A DNA stretch of 50,453 bases, counting the filler, from Jimgerdemannia flammicorona (taxonomy: Eukaryota): NCBI GenBank assembly GCA_003990765.1. It is 2 parts of 2 records of this genome, joined end to end, with 100 filler letters (N's around TTAATTAATTAA, not from the genome) between each part and the next. Parts side by side here need not be neighbours in the genome. Positions count along the whole stretch, not along the records: positions 1 to 25,184 come from RBNJ01000870.1; 1 more part is not named here. One strand, written 5' to 3'. A program made the translations under genes and the position numbers. The notes below the pieces were generated by a model. The model worked only from the letters and a program-made list of their open reading frames with translations, searched no databases and was not told where the DNA came from. Below are positions 11,954 to 25,284 of this stretch, piece after piece; position 1 is the first letter of the stretch; the number at the start of each line of letters is the position of its first letter.

Positions 11954-13130
11954 GTGTTATATGGTGTTTTTCGGATGGGTTTCGTTCTTATTAAATGGGT
12001 GATCAAATTCGGTCATTTGTGGCTTGGGGGTGACGTTTCACAAACTACAAAGGACGAGCTAAGTGCGAAATTAAAATGTTAGGCGAAGTGCACTTTGCAT
12101 AATAGAATTAATAACTCCTTAATATCGCTAATATTAAACCAGGATATTTTTAAACCATAAATATTTATTATAACAGTGGTTATTTTGCTCTAATTAAAAA
12201 TATAAATTTGGTTAATTTAGTAACTCAATAATCAGAATAATATTTATATAATTAAATATCTAAATTTAATATATTATTTTATCCGTTTAAATTTAATATA
12301 TTACAGTTTATTTAATTAAATATTATAATAAGTCTTCAATATGAAAATCAGATAATTAAATATATTAAAAACAATCTTATTTAATTTTATTTAATTGCTT
12401 TAATATTAAATATTTTTTTTTCACTTAATAATACATATATAAAATAATACAAATATTAATGAAGCTAAAACACATTATTGTTTATATAATAAATATGTGG
12501 AATTATGATATTACGATATACATCTGTACTAAGGTTTATTACAATTTCGGTCTTTAAATTTATAGCCTATATTTTGATTTCTCAGTCCAAATTCCAAAAT
12601 GTTTAATGAACTGAATTCTATAGTTAATATAGTTTCAATAAGCTAGGTATGTTAATAAAATGCCAGATTAAGAAATGAAATGTCTAAAGGCTTACAGTTA
12701 GAGTATTTAGTGATACCTTAATTTGCCTTTTGGCCTTTTTAGTGACAGCAAGGTAGTATTTTTGATTTCCTGGTAGAATCATTCTCCCATTCATAGCATG
12801 ATGTACTGCCAATGACAGTTCAAAATCGCACATTAGCACAAAATCCACTAACTCTATTCCCAAATCTGTCTCTGGTAATTATATATATTGTAATAGTGGC
12901 CCCAGAATGATGACATCAGCACAGGAGACAGTCTTTTCTTACAAGCTATCAGATCAGAGCACAAGAAGATCATATGACATATGAGATGAGCAATGATAAC
13001 CAACTGTGAGTCATTGTGACCACAGTTCAGATATCTTGAGGAATATAAAAGAAGGATTAAGGAACCATAGTAGCAGCAATCAACAAGACTCATTAATCCC
13101 AAAATAGCTCAAAGACTTACCATAAATGAA

Positions 13131-13937
13131 ATGTCTGCTGCTTGCCAAACCTCAAGATCAAGAAACTACCAAGGCATCTCAGTCAAAGAAAGAATGTTCC
13201 AAGACATCAGAAGTGCCATGAGGACCTGCTCAAGAAAGACTCCTAGTGTCAACCTAGGTACTAGTGACTCTTATCATTATATCCTCTATTACTATAAAAT
13301 GGAAACAAGGATCACTATTGCTACTAAATATCTCCAAATGTAGCAGGAGTATGAAATAGAAAACCTCCTCTACCAGGAGTTCCCACAGGCTAGCCACCAA
13401 GAGTTACAAGATACCACTCTCATGGATATATGTAAAGTAAGGATAGCTAAGAAGATCCATCAGATCTTCAGGCATGCACCATAGTTGATCCCCAACTTGG
13501 AGTATGTTAGAGTCTCAGATTTCAGAGACCTGTTAGCCCACCATATCAATGTACTAGAAACCAGAGTAGCTACAGAAGCCCAGTCCACTATCACCCTCAA
13601 TAGTGATGAAGTGGAAGACTTCTAGCATCCTATCCTTCAGGACAACCCAGACCAATTTCTGTAAGGATTGATCTCAGTATTCTAAGGCCCAAGCATCCAG
13701 ATTAGACCTCTCCAAGACCCCACATTTGTCCCCTATTTTGTGGAAGAGAACCTCATAGACTGGAGAGCTCCAGACCTCCTTCCTACTACTGCTGAATATA
13801 ATGATATCATTAGTGATAATGTCATCCCATGTGATATTGAAGCATGCAAAACATGTGATGATAATGAATTTATAGATCTCATCTCCTTCAGTGACAATGA
13901 GAATGAAGCCCCTATGGTCTTAAATATTCTGCTCTAA
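13131..13937 (+). pseudogene. Degenerate ~268-codon ORF inside the LTR (U3); second copy at 20477-21283
   Basis: ORF-track fragments 13131-13343 and 13740-13937 are in the same frame. Several stops differ between the two LTR copies (e.g. CAA ATG TAG vs TAA ATA TGG), so the consensus is more open than either copy. Confidence 0.7.
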
Positions 13938-13950
13938 AGTTCTTTGGTTA

Positions 13951-14196
13951 TATTGAGTTATATTAGTACTGATATTTTGATGTAATACTGAGTTATGCCA
14001 GCACTGGTATTCTGATATAATACTGAGTTATACCAGCACTGGCATTCTGAGTTAACACTGAGTTATGTCAGCACCAGTATTCTGATATAATACTGAGTTA
14101 TGCCAGTACTGACATTCTGATGTAATACTGATGTAACACTGAGTTATACCAGTACCAGCATTCTGACATTATACTGAATTATACCAGCATCCTGAA
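13951..14196 (+). repeat. 35-nt tandem repeat in the LTR (~6.5 units; ~7.5 units at 21297-21570)
   Basis: Unit consensus tactgagttatgccagcactggcattctgatataa, head-to-tail with no spacers. Confidence 0.9.
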
Positions 14197-16751
14197 TCTG
14201 TACAACCATTAGTGCCAACCCTGGAACTTAGTAGTTTTTCCTGTTCTGGTATTTCATTTTAGTTATTAGAATTTATATTTAGCTTTATATCTTAACAACC
14301 ATTGAATTATATTTTGTATAAATACTTCTCTTATTTTCTCTGAAATAAAGTCAGTCAAGTTCACTTATACACACTTCCTTGTAAGCAATCTAAGAGATAA
14401 TAAGATAGTTAAAGATAAGAAGTTTGAGGACTATAAGACCTTGGGAAGGTACTCCAATAAGAACTTGCTTATTACAAACTTGAGTTAGTCTAAGAGATAT
14501 ATCTTGAAGAAAATCTGACATATTTGAAGGACTCAGCAATCACTATATAACAACTTGATGCCCATTGACTGGTGATTTAAGACAAATCTCTCACTTTCAA
14601 GCTGAAAAATGAATAATCCCCACAATAACTACCCTGAATACAAGAGTCACTCTTGTAAGAATTTAAGATAAGATGGAAATACATCCCCTTATATTCTATG
14701 GATATATTACTGAAGAGTTAATCCTAACCTTCATTGAAGACTTTGAACAATTTGCCACTATATGAGTCCTTAGTATGGATGCACAATTGGCCCTTCTATC
14801 AGTCAGCCTCAGAGGACCTGCCAGAGATAAGTTCAATGCAGCCACTATTACTGATAATGGTGCAGCCAAACTTATCAACATGAAGGCCTTCCTCAGAACA
14901 ACATACTATACTGAAGAGATCAAGCAAGCTCTCAAGGATCAACTCAATACTATCTGCCAGAGACTTAGTGAAGATCTTAACTCATTTTATACCCAAATCT
15001 GCCACCAGATTGTCTTGGCTGACTATGATGATGCCCTCAAGGAACAAATAGTGGATTCAATCTTCCTCAAAGGAGTTCACTCTGAAATTGCCCTAGCAAT
15101 CTGGTCTACCCCAGCTGTACTGACTCTTGATCAGAAAGTGGTCTTTGGAAAGAGATATTGAACTGCCAGACACCCTGCTGAATACTCAATAGAGAAAATA
15201 ACTGACATCAAGATGGAGCCATCAAGGCCAACAAGTATCATACCTACTTTAGTTGTAAACAGATAACCAACCCCACCTACCCCCAAGGCAGCTAAAGCTG
15301 ACCCAGTGGAGGAACTTGCCAAGCAGTTTACTGAGATGACTGCACACCTTGGTGATGTTGTTAGAGAAGTCTGAAGTGCCAACAGGAGACCAGTGTAGAG
15401 ATTTGCAGCTGCTACAGAAGAATGCAATATCACATACTTCAGATGTGGAAAAGAAGGCCACTATACAAAGAATTGCATGACCAAAACAAGATACAAAGCC
15501 CAACCAAGTAATGCTAGTAGAACCAGAAAACAAACTAATATAGTAGTCATCAAGGATATTAGTAATACTGATGATGAAAAATACTATGAGGAGCTTGAAT
15601 TCTACTCTGCTACTGAAGATACCAGAACCCGGTCCAAGCTCTATGACAAGAAGAGCAACAGTAAGCCAGTTGGAAGGCCAAAGAAGACCCCAGCCCAGCT
15701 ATTACTATTCAAAGCAAGACTCAACCTGAGGAGATTGATCAAGACATAGAGTTAGATGAAGCTGCCCACCAAATCATTAAAGGCACTACTCCAGTTTTAG
15801 GAGAAAGTGAAAGCAAGAAGGAATAGAAGCTACACAAGACCAAGATCCACCAGTATGATATCTATAAGGATCTCAAGAAACAGAAGGTCAATGCTACTTT
15901 TGGACAGCTAGCCAAAGTCCCTACCTTCAGATAGCAGTTGAGAGTAGGACTTACAACTACTGCCAAGAATCAAGAGTACAAGATTGTAGAAGCTCACAAT
16001 GCACAAAAAGAATCTGAAAACTCAGATGAAGAATCCAAAGACCAGCACAAGACATCAGCCTATATCCCATATCAGATTGAAGACTATATCTTTGATGCCA
16101 TCATTGATACCAGTACTGGAGAATACCTCATGAGCAAGAAGGCAATTAACTGCCTAGGCTGGGACATTGAAGAGTCCACCAAGATTGTTTATGTTACAGC
16201 AGATGGTATACAAGATATTCTCCTTTGCAAAATCTGAGAAGTCTTCATCAAGATAGGAGGAGCTACCATCCCAGTGGATGTGATTATTACAAGTGCCACC
16301 AACTATGACATCCTTATTGGCAATCAATGGCTTCACAAGGCCAAGGCCATCATTGACCTCAATGCAGATCAACTATAGAGGAAAAAAGGTACATGTCTCT
16401 ATCAATGTCTACAAAGAAGTCCTACCAGACATAGAGGAAGGAGATGAAGAGGATACAGAGGACTTCATACACTCAGTGAACAATAATAAGAACAAGACAC
16501 CCAAGCTCACAGATGAGCAGTGGTACAACAAGATTATTGATAGCTATGCCCCTCAAGAAAGATGCTCCCATGGTACTAGGATGTACTGCTCTGAATACCT
16601 GAATGACTACTGGTTCTGTATCAGTGAAGTCAGGAAAATCTGCCAACAGAAACATGAGCAAGAAGCCACTGAAGCAAAAAGGAAAGCTGAAGAAGATGAC
16701 CAGCCCCCAGAGGTTCAAGCTGACAGTGATAATGAGGAGGAACAAAAACCA

Positions 16752-17172
16752 GATATCACCCTCAAGGTCAAGAAGTTCTACCCCAAAGCCAAGATCCCAG
16801 AATATAAGACTGAAAGAGCCATAGAAATGGACCTTGCCAGCATTCAAGATGCTATCCTCAAACCACAGACCACTACCCTACTTGGTACTGGAATTGGAGT
16901 TAAGCTGCCAGAGAACTATGCCGGAATTATCAAGACCAGGAGTAGTTTGGCCAAAAGTGAAATCTCAGTTGAAGGAGGAGTAATTGACCCTAATTATACT
17001 GGTGAGATCTTCCTCATAGTCAGGAATCACAACTCCACCACTCCATTTGAAGTCAAGAAGTATAATAGGATTGGTCAGATACTGATCTATGAAATCAAGA
17101 AACCCAAGATCACTGAAGCCATCAAACTCATCAAGATCAAGAGAGGAGAACAAGGCTTTGGATCCACTGGAA
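16752..17172 (+). CDS. dut: dUTPase domain in pol of Gypsy element 1, between PR and RT
   Basis: ORF 16293-17270: 'AIEMDL', 'IKTRSSLA', 'VEGGVIDPNYTGEI', 'NRIGQIL', 'RGEQGFGSTG' correspond to trimeric dUTPase motifs I-V. Confidence 0.92.
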
Positions 17173-20100
17173 GAAGAACCTATACCACTATCAAGATTAC
17201 TGAACTTGAACACAAGAAGGACAAGGACCAGAACAAGCACATATATACTATTAGAGAAACTTTCCCCTAGAAGACCAACTTCTCAAGATCCTGTATCAGA
17301 ATGAAGGAGTACTTGCTACAGACTTCAGGAATATTCACAATCAAGAACCCAAGTACTACCATGGAGTTGACACTAGTGATACCAAGCCCATTTACCAGAA
17401 AGTCAGACCCATACCACCTGTCTACAGAGAATGACTGTGAGCAGAACTCAAGGAAATGGAAGAAGCTGGAATCATCAAGCAAGCTACCAGTCCCTGGGCT
17501 TCACCCATTGTCCTCACCCCAAAGAAAGGAAGCAAGTCTGGAGAGTTTGTACCAAAACTCTGCATTGACTACAGGAAGCTTAATGTCATTACCAAGAAGG
17601 ATAGGCAACCCTTGCCAAATATTCAAAAAATCCTCACCACTCTTGAAAGCAAAGCCAAATACTACACTACCTTGGATCTGTTCTCAGGCTTTCATCAGAT
17701 TGGTCTCACTCAAGATGCTAGTGAGAAATCAGCCTTCATCATACCTGATGCCACATATATCTACCTGCAAATCCCATTTGGAATGTACAATGTACCAGTA
17801 AGTTTCCAGTGAATGATGAACAGAGTCTTTAGCAATGAGATTGGAAAATGGCTCTTTGTCTATATTGATGATGTGATCATCTTCAGCAACACTATATAGG
17901 AATATGTTAATCACATACAGCTAGCTCTCAAGAAGCTCAAGGAGCATGGCCTTTATATCAAGCCCAAGAAATACAAGTTTGCAGCTCAAGAAAAGGACAC
18001 CTCATCAACCAGACCAGAATCCACACAGACTCCATGAAGATTGAGGCTGTTGCAGCCTACCTGAGACCCAGAATGACCACAGAAGTCCATATCTTCCTTG
18101 GACTGTCCAGCTACTATAGAAGATTTATCAAATAATACTCCAATATTGCAGCACCTATCTATAAGCTACTGAAGAAGAAAACCAAATTCGAATGGACCAA
18201 GGAATACCAAGAAACCTTCAATGAACTCAAGACCAGATTGACCCAAGCACCTATCCTCAGAAGACCAGATTGGAACCTAGAATTCATCCTGCAGACAGAT
18301 GTGAGTACTATAGGACTTGGAGCAGTCTTAGCTCAGAAGAAAGATGGACATAAATATATTATCTCCTATACAAGCCGAGATATCTATGGAGTAGAACAGA
18401 ACTACAAGTTATGCAAACTCAAATACTTAGCAGTAGTTTGAGCAGTAGACAAGTTCTACTACTACCTAGCTGGAAAACACTTCACTATTCAAACAGACCA
18501 TTGCACTCTTGCCTGGCTATTCCACACTCTGAACCCTAAAGGAATATATGCCAGATAGATCTACAGACTGCAAGAGTATGACTGTACTATCAAGCACCAC
18601 TCAGAAAGAACCAACACCAATGCTGATACACTCTCAAGGGCACCCCAAAACACTCCCATCAAGATTACTCAATATGAATAAGGAGTTATACTATGGATTA
18701 ATCAGCTATCTTAGGCAGTGGAAGATGCCCAACCATTTTGAACCCTGGACAATCACCATCATCAACTGGACTTGGAAACAGTTTGAACTAGGCAACACTA
18801 TACTCAGAAAAAGAGGAAAGCTAGTAATACCTGAATATAAGAAGTATCAAGTAATGAAGGAAGTACATGAGCAAGGACACCTAGGAGGAACCAATATATA
18901 TGACAAGGCAAGAAGAACCATGTGGTGGCTCCAAGATAGAAGAAAACCTATACCAATTTGTCAAAGAGTGTGATAAGTACCAAAAACAGAAACAAGATCA
19001 GCAAGACCAGGCACTCAGGTCATTAAGAATTGAGCCTATCCCCTTCCACCACATTACAATGGATATCATTGGACCACTACCAGTAATACTATCAGGAAAC
19101 TGCTATATTATAGTTATTGTAGACCTCTTTACTAAATGGATAGAAGCAGAAGTATTACAAGAAGCCAATGCCTACTCTATAGATGATTCCTGCACTGAGA
19201 AATCATCTGCTACTATAAGACACTGAAGCAAATCACAACAGACAGTGATACAGAATTTGTCAATGGATTCCATGAGACAATATATCAGAAATACAAGATC
19301 CATTACATCAAGAATACCACATACCACCCTCAAGGAAATGGACAGACAGAGAGAACCAACAAGACCCTCAAGAATATTCTGGTAAAGATCTCAGAGACAT
19401 ATGAGAATTGGGATAATTGTCTCCCAACTGTCCTCTCTGTCCTATGAGACATATGATCACAGAGCACACACTTTACCTCAAGGAAACTGCTCTTTAGAGA
19501 AGAAGATTCTGATGGAACCTCAGCCATAAATCTAAACCTAACTTGGAGATAGGTCACTGCAGAAATTGGGAGACTATATCAAATTAGGAAAAAGGCCAAA
19601 GATTATATTATTAAGTCACAAGCACTAATAAGGAAGAATGCAGAAAAGAATCACAAGACCCTAGAACTCATCCAAATCAGAGAAAAGGTCCTACTATATC
19701 GAAATATAGTAGAAGCCTCATAGTCACAAAAACTGGAGCTCAAATGGAAAGGACCTTTCTATATACAAGATATAAAGGGAACTATCTTCTGGCTTAGAAA
19801 ACTCTCAGAGACCATACTGCCTACCACAGTACATAGAAACAGACTCAAGAAGTATCATGAATCTATATAAGAGAAGCAAAACATGATGACTGTCCACAAG
19901 GTTCTAGTCTGTGAATTATAACAGTATGTCCCATAACCAGAAGGCTATCTGTCTGGACCATTCTCTAAGGGATATGATACTAGCAACTATTTATCTGTAA
20001 GACTTTCAAAGTCAGAGGATTTTGAACTATCAACTGATTGGTCAAGATCAGAATCAGGTCCTTGCTCTATATGAAGGGAATAACCCTTCACCATCATGCC

Positions 20101-20234
20101 AAAATATATAGAGAAGACACTAGCTCATAAATACCACTTTTCGACCCCTTACCAGAGGTTATGGGATTAGTAAATTTTTCAGAACTGGACCAATAAATAA
20201 GGATGCTTGAGAAGATTCTTATTCAGGAGGAAGA

Positions 20235-21916
20235 TGTAATGGTGACCCCAGAATAATGACATCAGCACAGAAGATAGCCTTTCCTTACAAGCCACCAGAT
20301 CGGAGTACAAGAAGATCATACAGTATATGAGATGAGCAATAATGACCAACTATAAGTCATTGTGACCATAGTTCAGATATCTTGAGAAATATAATAGAAG
20401 AATCAAAGAACTGCAGTAGCAGTAACCAATAAGACCCACCAATCCCAAAATAACTCAAAGACTTACTATAAATGAAATGCCTGCTACTCACCAAACCTCA
20501 AGATCAAGAAACCACCAAGCCATCTCAGTCAAAGAAAGGATGTTCCAAGACATCAGAAGAGTCATGAGGACCCACTCAAGAAGGACTCCTAGTGTCAACC
20601 TGAGTACTAGTGACCCTTATCATTATATTCTCTACTGCTGTGAAACGGAAACAAGGATCACTATTGCTACTAAATGTCTCTAAATATGGCAGGAGTATAA
20701 AATAGGAAACCTCCTCTGCCAGGAGTTCCCACAGGCCAGCCTCCAAGAGTTACAAGATGCCACTCCCATGGATATATGTGAAGTAAGAATAGCTAAGAAG
20801 ATTCATCAGTTCTTCAGACATAGACCATGGTCAATCCCCAACTTAGAGTATATTAGGGTCTCAGATTTCAGAGATCTGTCATCCCACTATATCAATGCAC
20901 TAGAAACCAGGGTAGCTACAGAAGCCTAGTCCACTATTACCCTCAATAGTGATGAAGTAGAAGACTTCTGGCATCCTATCCTTCAGGATAACTCAGACCA
21001 ATTCCTGCAAGGATTGATCTCAGTATTCTAAGACCCAAGAATCTAGGTTAGACCCCTCCAAGACCCCACATTTGTCTCCTATTTTGTGGAAGAGAACCTC
21101 ATAGACTAGAGAGCCCCAGACCTCCTTCCTGCTACTGCTGAATGTGATGATGTCATCAGCAATGATGTCATCTCATATGATATTAAAGTATGTGAAATAC
21201 ATAATAATGATGAATTCATAGATCTCAGCTCCTTCAGTAATGATAAGGATGAAGCCCTTATGGTCTTGAACATTCTGCTCTAAAGTTCTTTAGTTATACT
21301 AAGTTATGCTAGCACTGGCATTCTGATGTAACATTGAGTTATGCTAGCATCAGTATTCTGATGTAATACTGAGTTATGCCAGTACTGATACATATTCTGA
21401 TATAACACTGAGTCATGCCAGCACTGGTATTCTGATATAATACTGAGTTATGTCAGCATCAGTATTCTGATATAATACTGAGTTATACCAATACTGGTAT
21501 TTTGATATAATACTGAGTTATGCCAGCACTGGCATTCTGATATAACACTGAATTATACAAGCATCCTGAACCTATATAACCAACAGTACCAATCCTGGAA
21601 CTTAGCAGTTTTTCCTGTTCTGGTATTTCATTTTAGTTATTGGAATTTTTATATAGCTTTATATCTTAGCAACTATTGAATTATATTTTATATAAATACT
21701 GCTCTTATTTCCTCTGAAATAAAGTCAGTCAAGTTTACTTATATACACTTCCTTACAAGCAATCTAAGAGATAACAAGATAGTTAAAGATAAGAAGTTTG
21801 AGGACTATAAGACATTGGAAAGGCACTCCAATAAGAACTTGCTTATAACAAGTCTAAGAGATATACCTTGAAGAGAATCTGACATATTTGAAGAACTTAG
21901 TGACCACTATATGACA
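20235..21916 (+). repeat. 3' LTR of Gypsy element 1 (1682 bp)
   Basis: Preceded by the PPT; direct repeat of the 5' LTR. Confidence 0.95.
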
Positions 21917-22719
21917 ATATATAATATACTTCTAGTGTCAAATTTTATTTATGTTTGACTAGTTCCATCTGTAATACATATATACTTGAAATTGTTTCCC
22001 TCTCTTATGGATCTATATGTAGTTGGTATAGATACATAGTAATGGTATTTGTAGAAAATGACATAACAGTATTGTTATTCCCAAAGTATAATATCATGTC
22101 ACATACATCTCTGTAACCTGTAATTTGAGCCAGCAAAATACACTCACCCCTTGTATTGAACTTTGCAGAATACCAATTCCAGTAGCCATACTGTTACAGT
22201 GCCACAGTTAACAGCTTCATCCATATCAGCACAAAGTTGTGGTTAAGATAGCTAATTATGGTATCATTTATTCATATGTGATTTTGTTTGAGTGCTTTGT
22301 CAGATATGGTTAGATAGTAATTGGAGTAAAGATACTCTCTGGGTTGAAAGAGTAGAAATAACAACCTTCAATTGCCTCATATCAATCTGATTCCAAGACA
22401 TGCTTGACAACATGAGTATATTTAATTTTACTTGATATATAGGCTGTATGTTTTTGCAGACAAATATGCCTGCAAATTTTTTAATTTTTTTTTAACTATA
22501 TTTATTATAAATTTTATGTAAATTTTTATTTTGAAAATTAATTTTTTAATATTTTAATTTTTTTTTTTTTGATCCTATATTAATTAATAAAAGTAAAAAA
22601 TAAAAATTGTAAAAAAAATTTTAACTTTATATTTATTAGTTTTTTAAATAAAAATTATATATTATTTGTTTTTACAAATAATTTGCCAGTATTACAGCCT
22701 AAGGGGTAATTATATACTA

Positions 22720-23161
22720 TCTGAAATAATAAACAATACTCTTCTCTCTCCTCTACTCTCTACTCTACTAAGTTATATTAATATTATATCCTATAATACA
22801 TATCTATTAAATATATAAGTCTAACAATCAAGCTCTTACTAGAATATTATAGCTACTTCTGATACTTACCAAAAATAAAATTATATTAGAATAGACTTCT
22901 TTATTCAGCTATTAAAAATCAAGTAGAGAAGAGATGTAATTATTTAATTTATAATTATCTCAGCAATTAAGCTGACTTTATTATAACAACTACTATAGTA
23001 GTGATACTGGAAATAAAATAACTTATTATTAATAATATATTCTATCTCTATAAACTATTATTAGTAATTATCTCAGATAGAGATAAAAAGGTTATAAGTA
23101 ATTTCTGATAAGTACTCTTTAGTAGATTAGAAGTATGGCTCAAGTTATCTACTATATATAT
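22720..23161 (+). pseudogene. Extremely AT-eroded Ty3/Gypsy integrase fragment
   Basis: 'VIISDRDKKVISNF**VLFSRLEVWLKLST' at ~23065-23155 matches the ISDRD..FTSxFW...LKLSTAYHP region of integrase. Confidence 0.65.
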
Positions 23162-24950
23162 TGTAATAATATCTTAGAAACTAATAACATCAAAAGTCAG
23201 AAGATGACTCAGTCTTCATAAGCCTCTGGTTATAAATTGTGACTTAACTATGACTTATCTTGTTCAGAAGATGATTTGTATTCAAACTCATTGTAACTTA
23301 CAGTGATCTCAGTAGTATACTACTCTAAATCAGGTAACTCTACCTCTAGACTAAAGTAGAAAATCTCTTTAGGATATAAAAGAAGTATCAAAAAGGAGTA
23401 CAAGATATTATCTATAAATAAGAAACTCACTATAAAACAAAATGTCTGCAATCTGCCAAATAGCAAGGTCAAGAAACCACCCAGGTCTATTGGTCTAAAA
23501 TCAGATATTCTCTGATATCAAAACAGCTATAGAAATATATATAAGAAGGACTCTAAGCCTGAACCTCTTTACAAGAGATCTATATCACTATAATCTCAAC
23601 TGCTGTAAAATAGAAATAAGAATCTCTACTACTACTAAGTATCTCTGGATGTAACAAGAATATGAGTTGAGACATCACCTCTGCTAAGATCTCCCATAGA
23701 CCAGCTCTTAAGAAATTATATACACTATATATCTGGATAGGTATGAATAGAAGTTAACTAAGAGAGTCTACCAGATCTTCAGACATACACCTTGGACCAT
23801 TCTCAACTTGAAATATGTCAAGCTTTCAGATATCTAAGAACTGATAAGTTACTCTATAGACCATCTTAAAGAAATAGTTATAGAAGAAGTCTAGTCTACT
23901 ATTATAGTCAAGAGTAATAAGGTTCAAGACCTTTGAAACTCTATCTTAGAAGATAATCCAGATCAGTTTCTTCAAGGTCTGATTGTATTATTTCAAGGCT
24001 CTCCTCTGAGAGTCTGCTATTCTCAGAGTTTCATAGATATACTCTACTTTGTAGATGATAATACTATTAATTGGAGATCTCAAGAATCGGAACAGAGTGA
24101 ACTATTTATCTCATAGGAAGAAGTCTTTAACAACCTCCTAGAGAAGTATATAAGCCCTCTATCAGTATCTACAGAGCTCTTTACTAACCTCAGTATAACT
24201 GTGAAGAATGCAGAAAATGATTTGGCCAGACTTCCTGAAGAAAATAAGAATGATATAATTTCAGTTATATTGAACTTCTAGTTGTATGAGAATAGCTCTA
24301 TTAGTCAAATTTGAGTAAGTTAGTTAGTTGTACAAACAGAGACTATCTAACTAGTCAAATTTGAGTAAATTAGTTAGTTGCACAAATAGTGACTACCTAT
24401 TAACTAGCCAAATTTGTCATAAATATAAAATTAACCTTTCTAGCTAGTTAGTAACTTGATTTCCAAAGCTTATTAAATAGTATCATCTAGTAATTGTGAG
24501 TTGTAACCAATTATATATGTAGCCTCATATATAGCCTGAAATTTGTATAAATATCTCCTTAACTTATAGTGAATAAATCTCAGCTAGTTGAAGTTTGAAG
24601 TAAAAAGAAGTTTTATAAAGAAATATACTACCTCCAAGAGATAAAAATAAATCTAAGAAATAAGATAACTAGAGCAACGATCACTTGAGATTAGAGTTTG
24701 AAGAATTTCTCTTATCATGAACTAGCCAAGAATATCAGAATAATCACTAACCTACCAGAAAACTCAGAAAACCTGTGAAAACACTAGTTAGAAACCTAAG
24801 AACAAGTCTGTTAAAATTACTCTCAGAATACCACTAGAAAACATAAGAAACTTGCCAGAAAACTTAGCCAAAAAATACCAGGATAATAGCCATTTTAAGA
24901 CCACCAGAAGCTACATAAAAAGATCTGCTATTCCAAACATCTAGTCACGT
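23162..24950 (+). mobile_element. Solo LTR of a family related to element 1 (3' boundary approximate)
   Basis: Starts tgtaataatatc... Contains a homolog of the LTR ORF from 23442 (MSAICQIARSRNH...), a ~51-nt tandem repeat at 24300-24416, and TATA (ttgtataaata) and AATAAA at ~24545-24577, in the same order as the element 1 LTR. Confidence 0.7.
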
Positions 24951-25184
24951 GACCAATAGCTTGCAATATGTAAACTTTAATATAAATTTCCACTTGATAT
25001 AAACAGGAAGTATGAACAAATTGAACAGCAGTTGAACTGAATATTGAGCCAGAATATTGTTAGAGATAAAGAGATATATAGTATATAAATAACCAGTGAT
25101 ATATTGAGCTGTACAATTCAGCAAATAATCTATACATTGCATACCAAAATATACTATCTATTTTTTTTTTTTTTTTTTTTTTTT

Positions 25185-25284
25185 NNNNNNNNNNNNNNNN
25201 NNNNNNNNNNNNNNNNNNNNNNNNNNNNTTAATTAATTAANNNNNNNNNNNNNNNNNNNNNNNNNNNNNNNNNNNNNNNNNNNN
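25185..25284. other. Artificial assembly spacer (44 N + TTAATTAATTAA + 44 N)
   Basis: Exactly 100 nt, with a six-frame-stop linker in the middle. Confidence 0.95.

Larger units (their letters stand above)
12889..14552 (+). repeat. 5' LTR of Gypsy element 1 (1664 bp)
   Basis: Direct repeat of 20235-21916; TG...CA ends; TATA-like tgtataaata ~14315 and AATAAA ~14344. Confidence 0.95.
12889..21916 (+). mobile_element. Full-length degenerate Ty3/Gypsy LTR retrotransposon 1 (gag-PR-dUTPase-RT-RH-IN, no chromodomain seen)
   Basis: LTRs 12889-14552 and 20235-21916, both TGTAAT...ACA; ATAT on both flanks (TSD); PPT caggaggaaga 20224-20234. Zn knuckle 'YFRCGKEGHYTKNC' ~15435; PR 'AIIDTSTG' ~16100; RT 'WASPIV', 'VYIDDVIIFS' ~17860; RH 'LQTDVSTIGLGAVL'; IN 'MDIIGPLP', 'YHPQGNGQTERTN'. 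Confidence 0.95.

Noticed and set aside
12080..12600. Very AT-rich tract (also 22480-22720)
   Set aside because: Cannot be assigned; probably eroded TE or low-complexity DNA, with no supportable feature.
13951..14196. 35-nt repeats resembling a CRISPR array (also 21297-21570)
   Set aside because: Units are contiguous with no unique spacers, lie inside eukaryotic LTRs, and no cas genes are present.
14553..14575. tRNA primer-binding site of element 1 (and the ggttac..gtaacc hairpin at ~35660-35680 of element 2)
   Set aside because: Too mutated to assign a primer tRNA or a self-priming mechanism by eye.
19860..20220. Possible extra ORF between integrase and PPT in element 1
   Set aside because: Only one copy here, multiple stops, and no recognisable motif.
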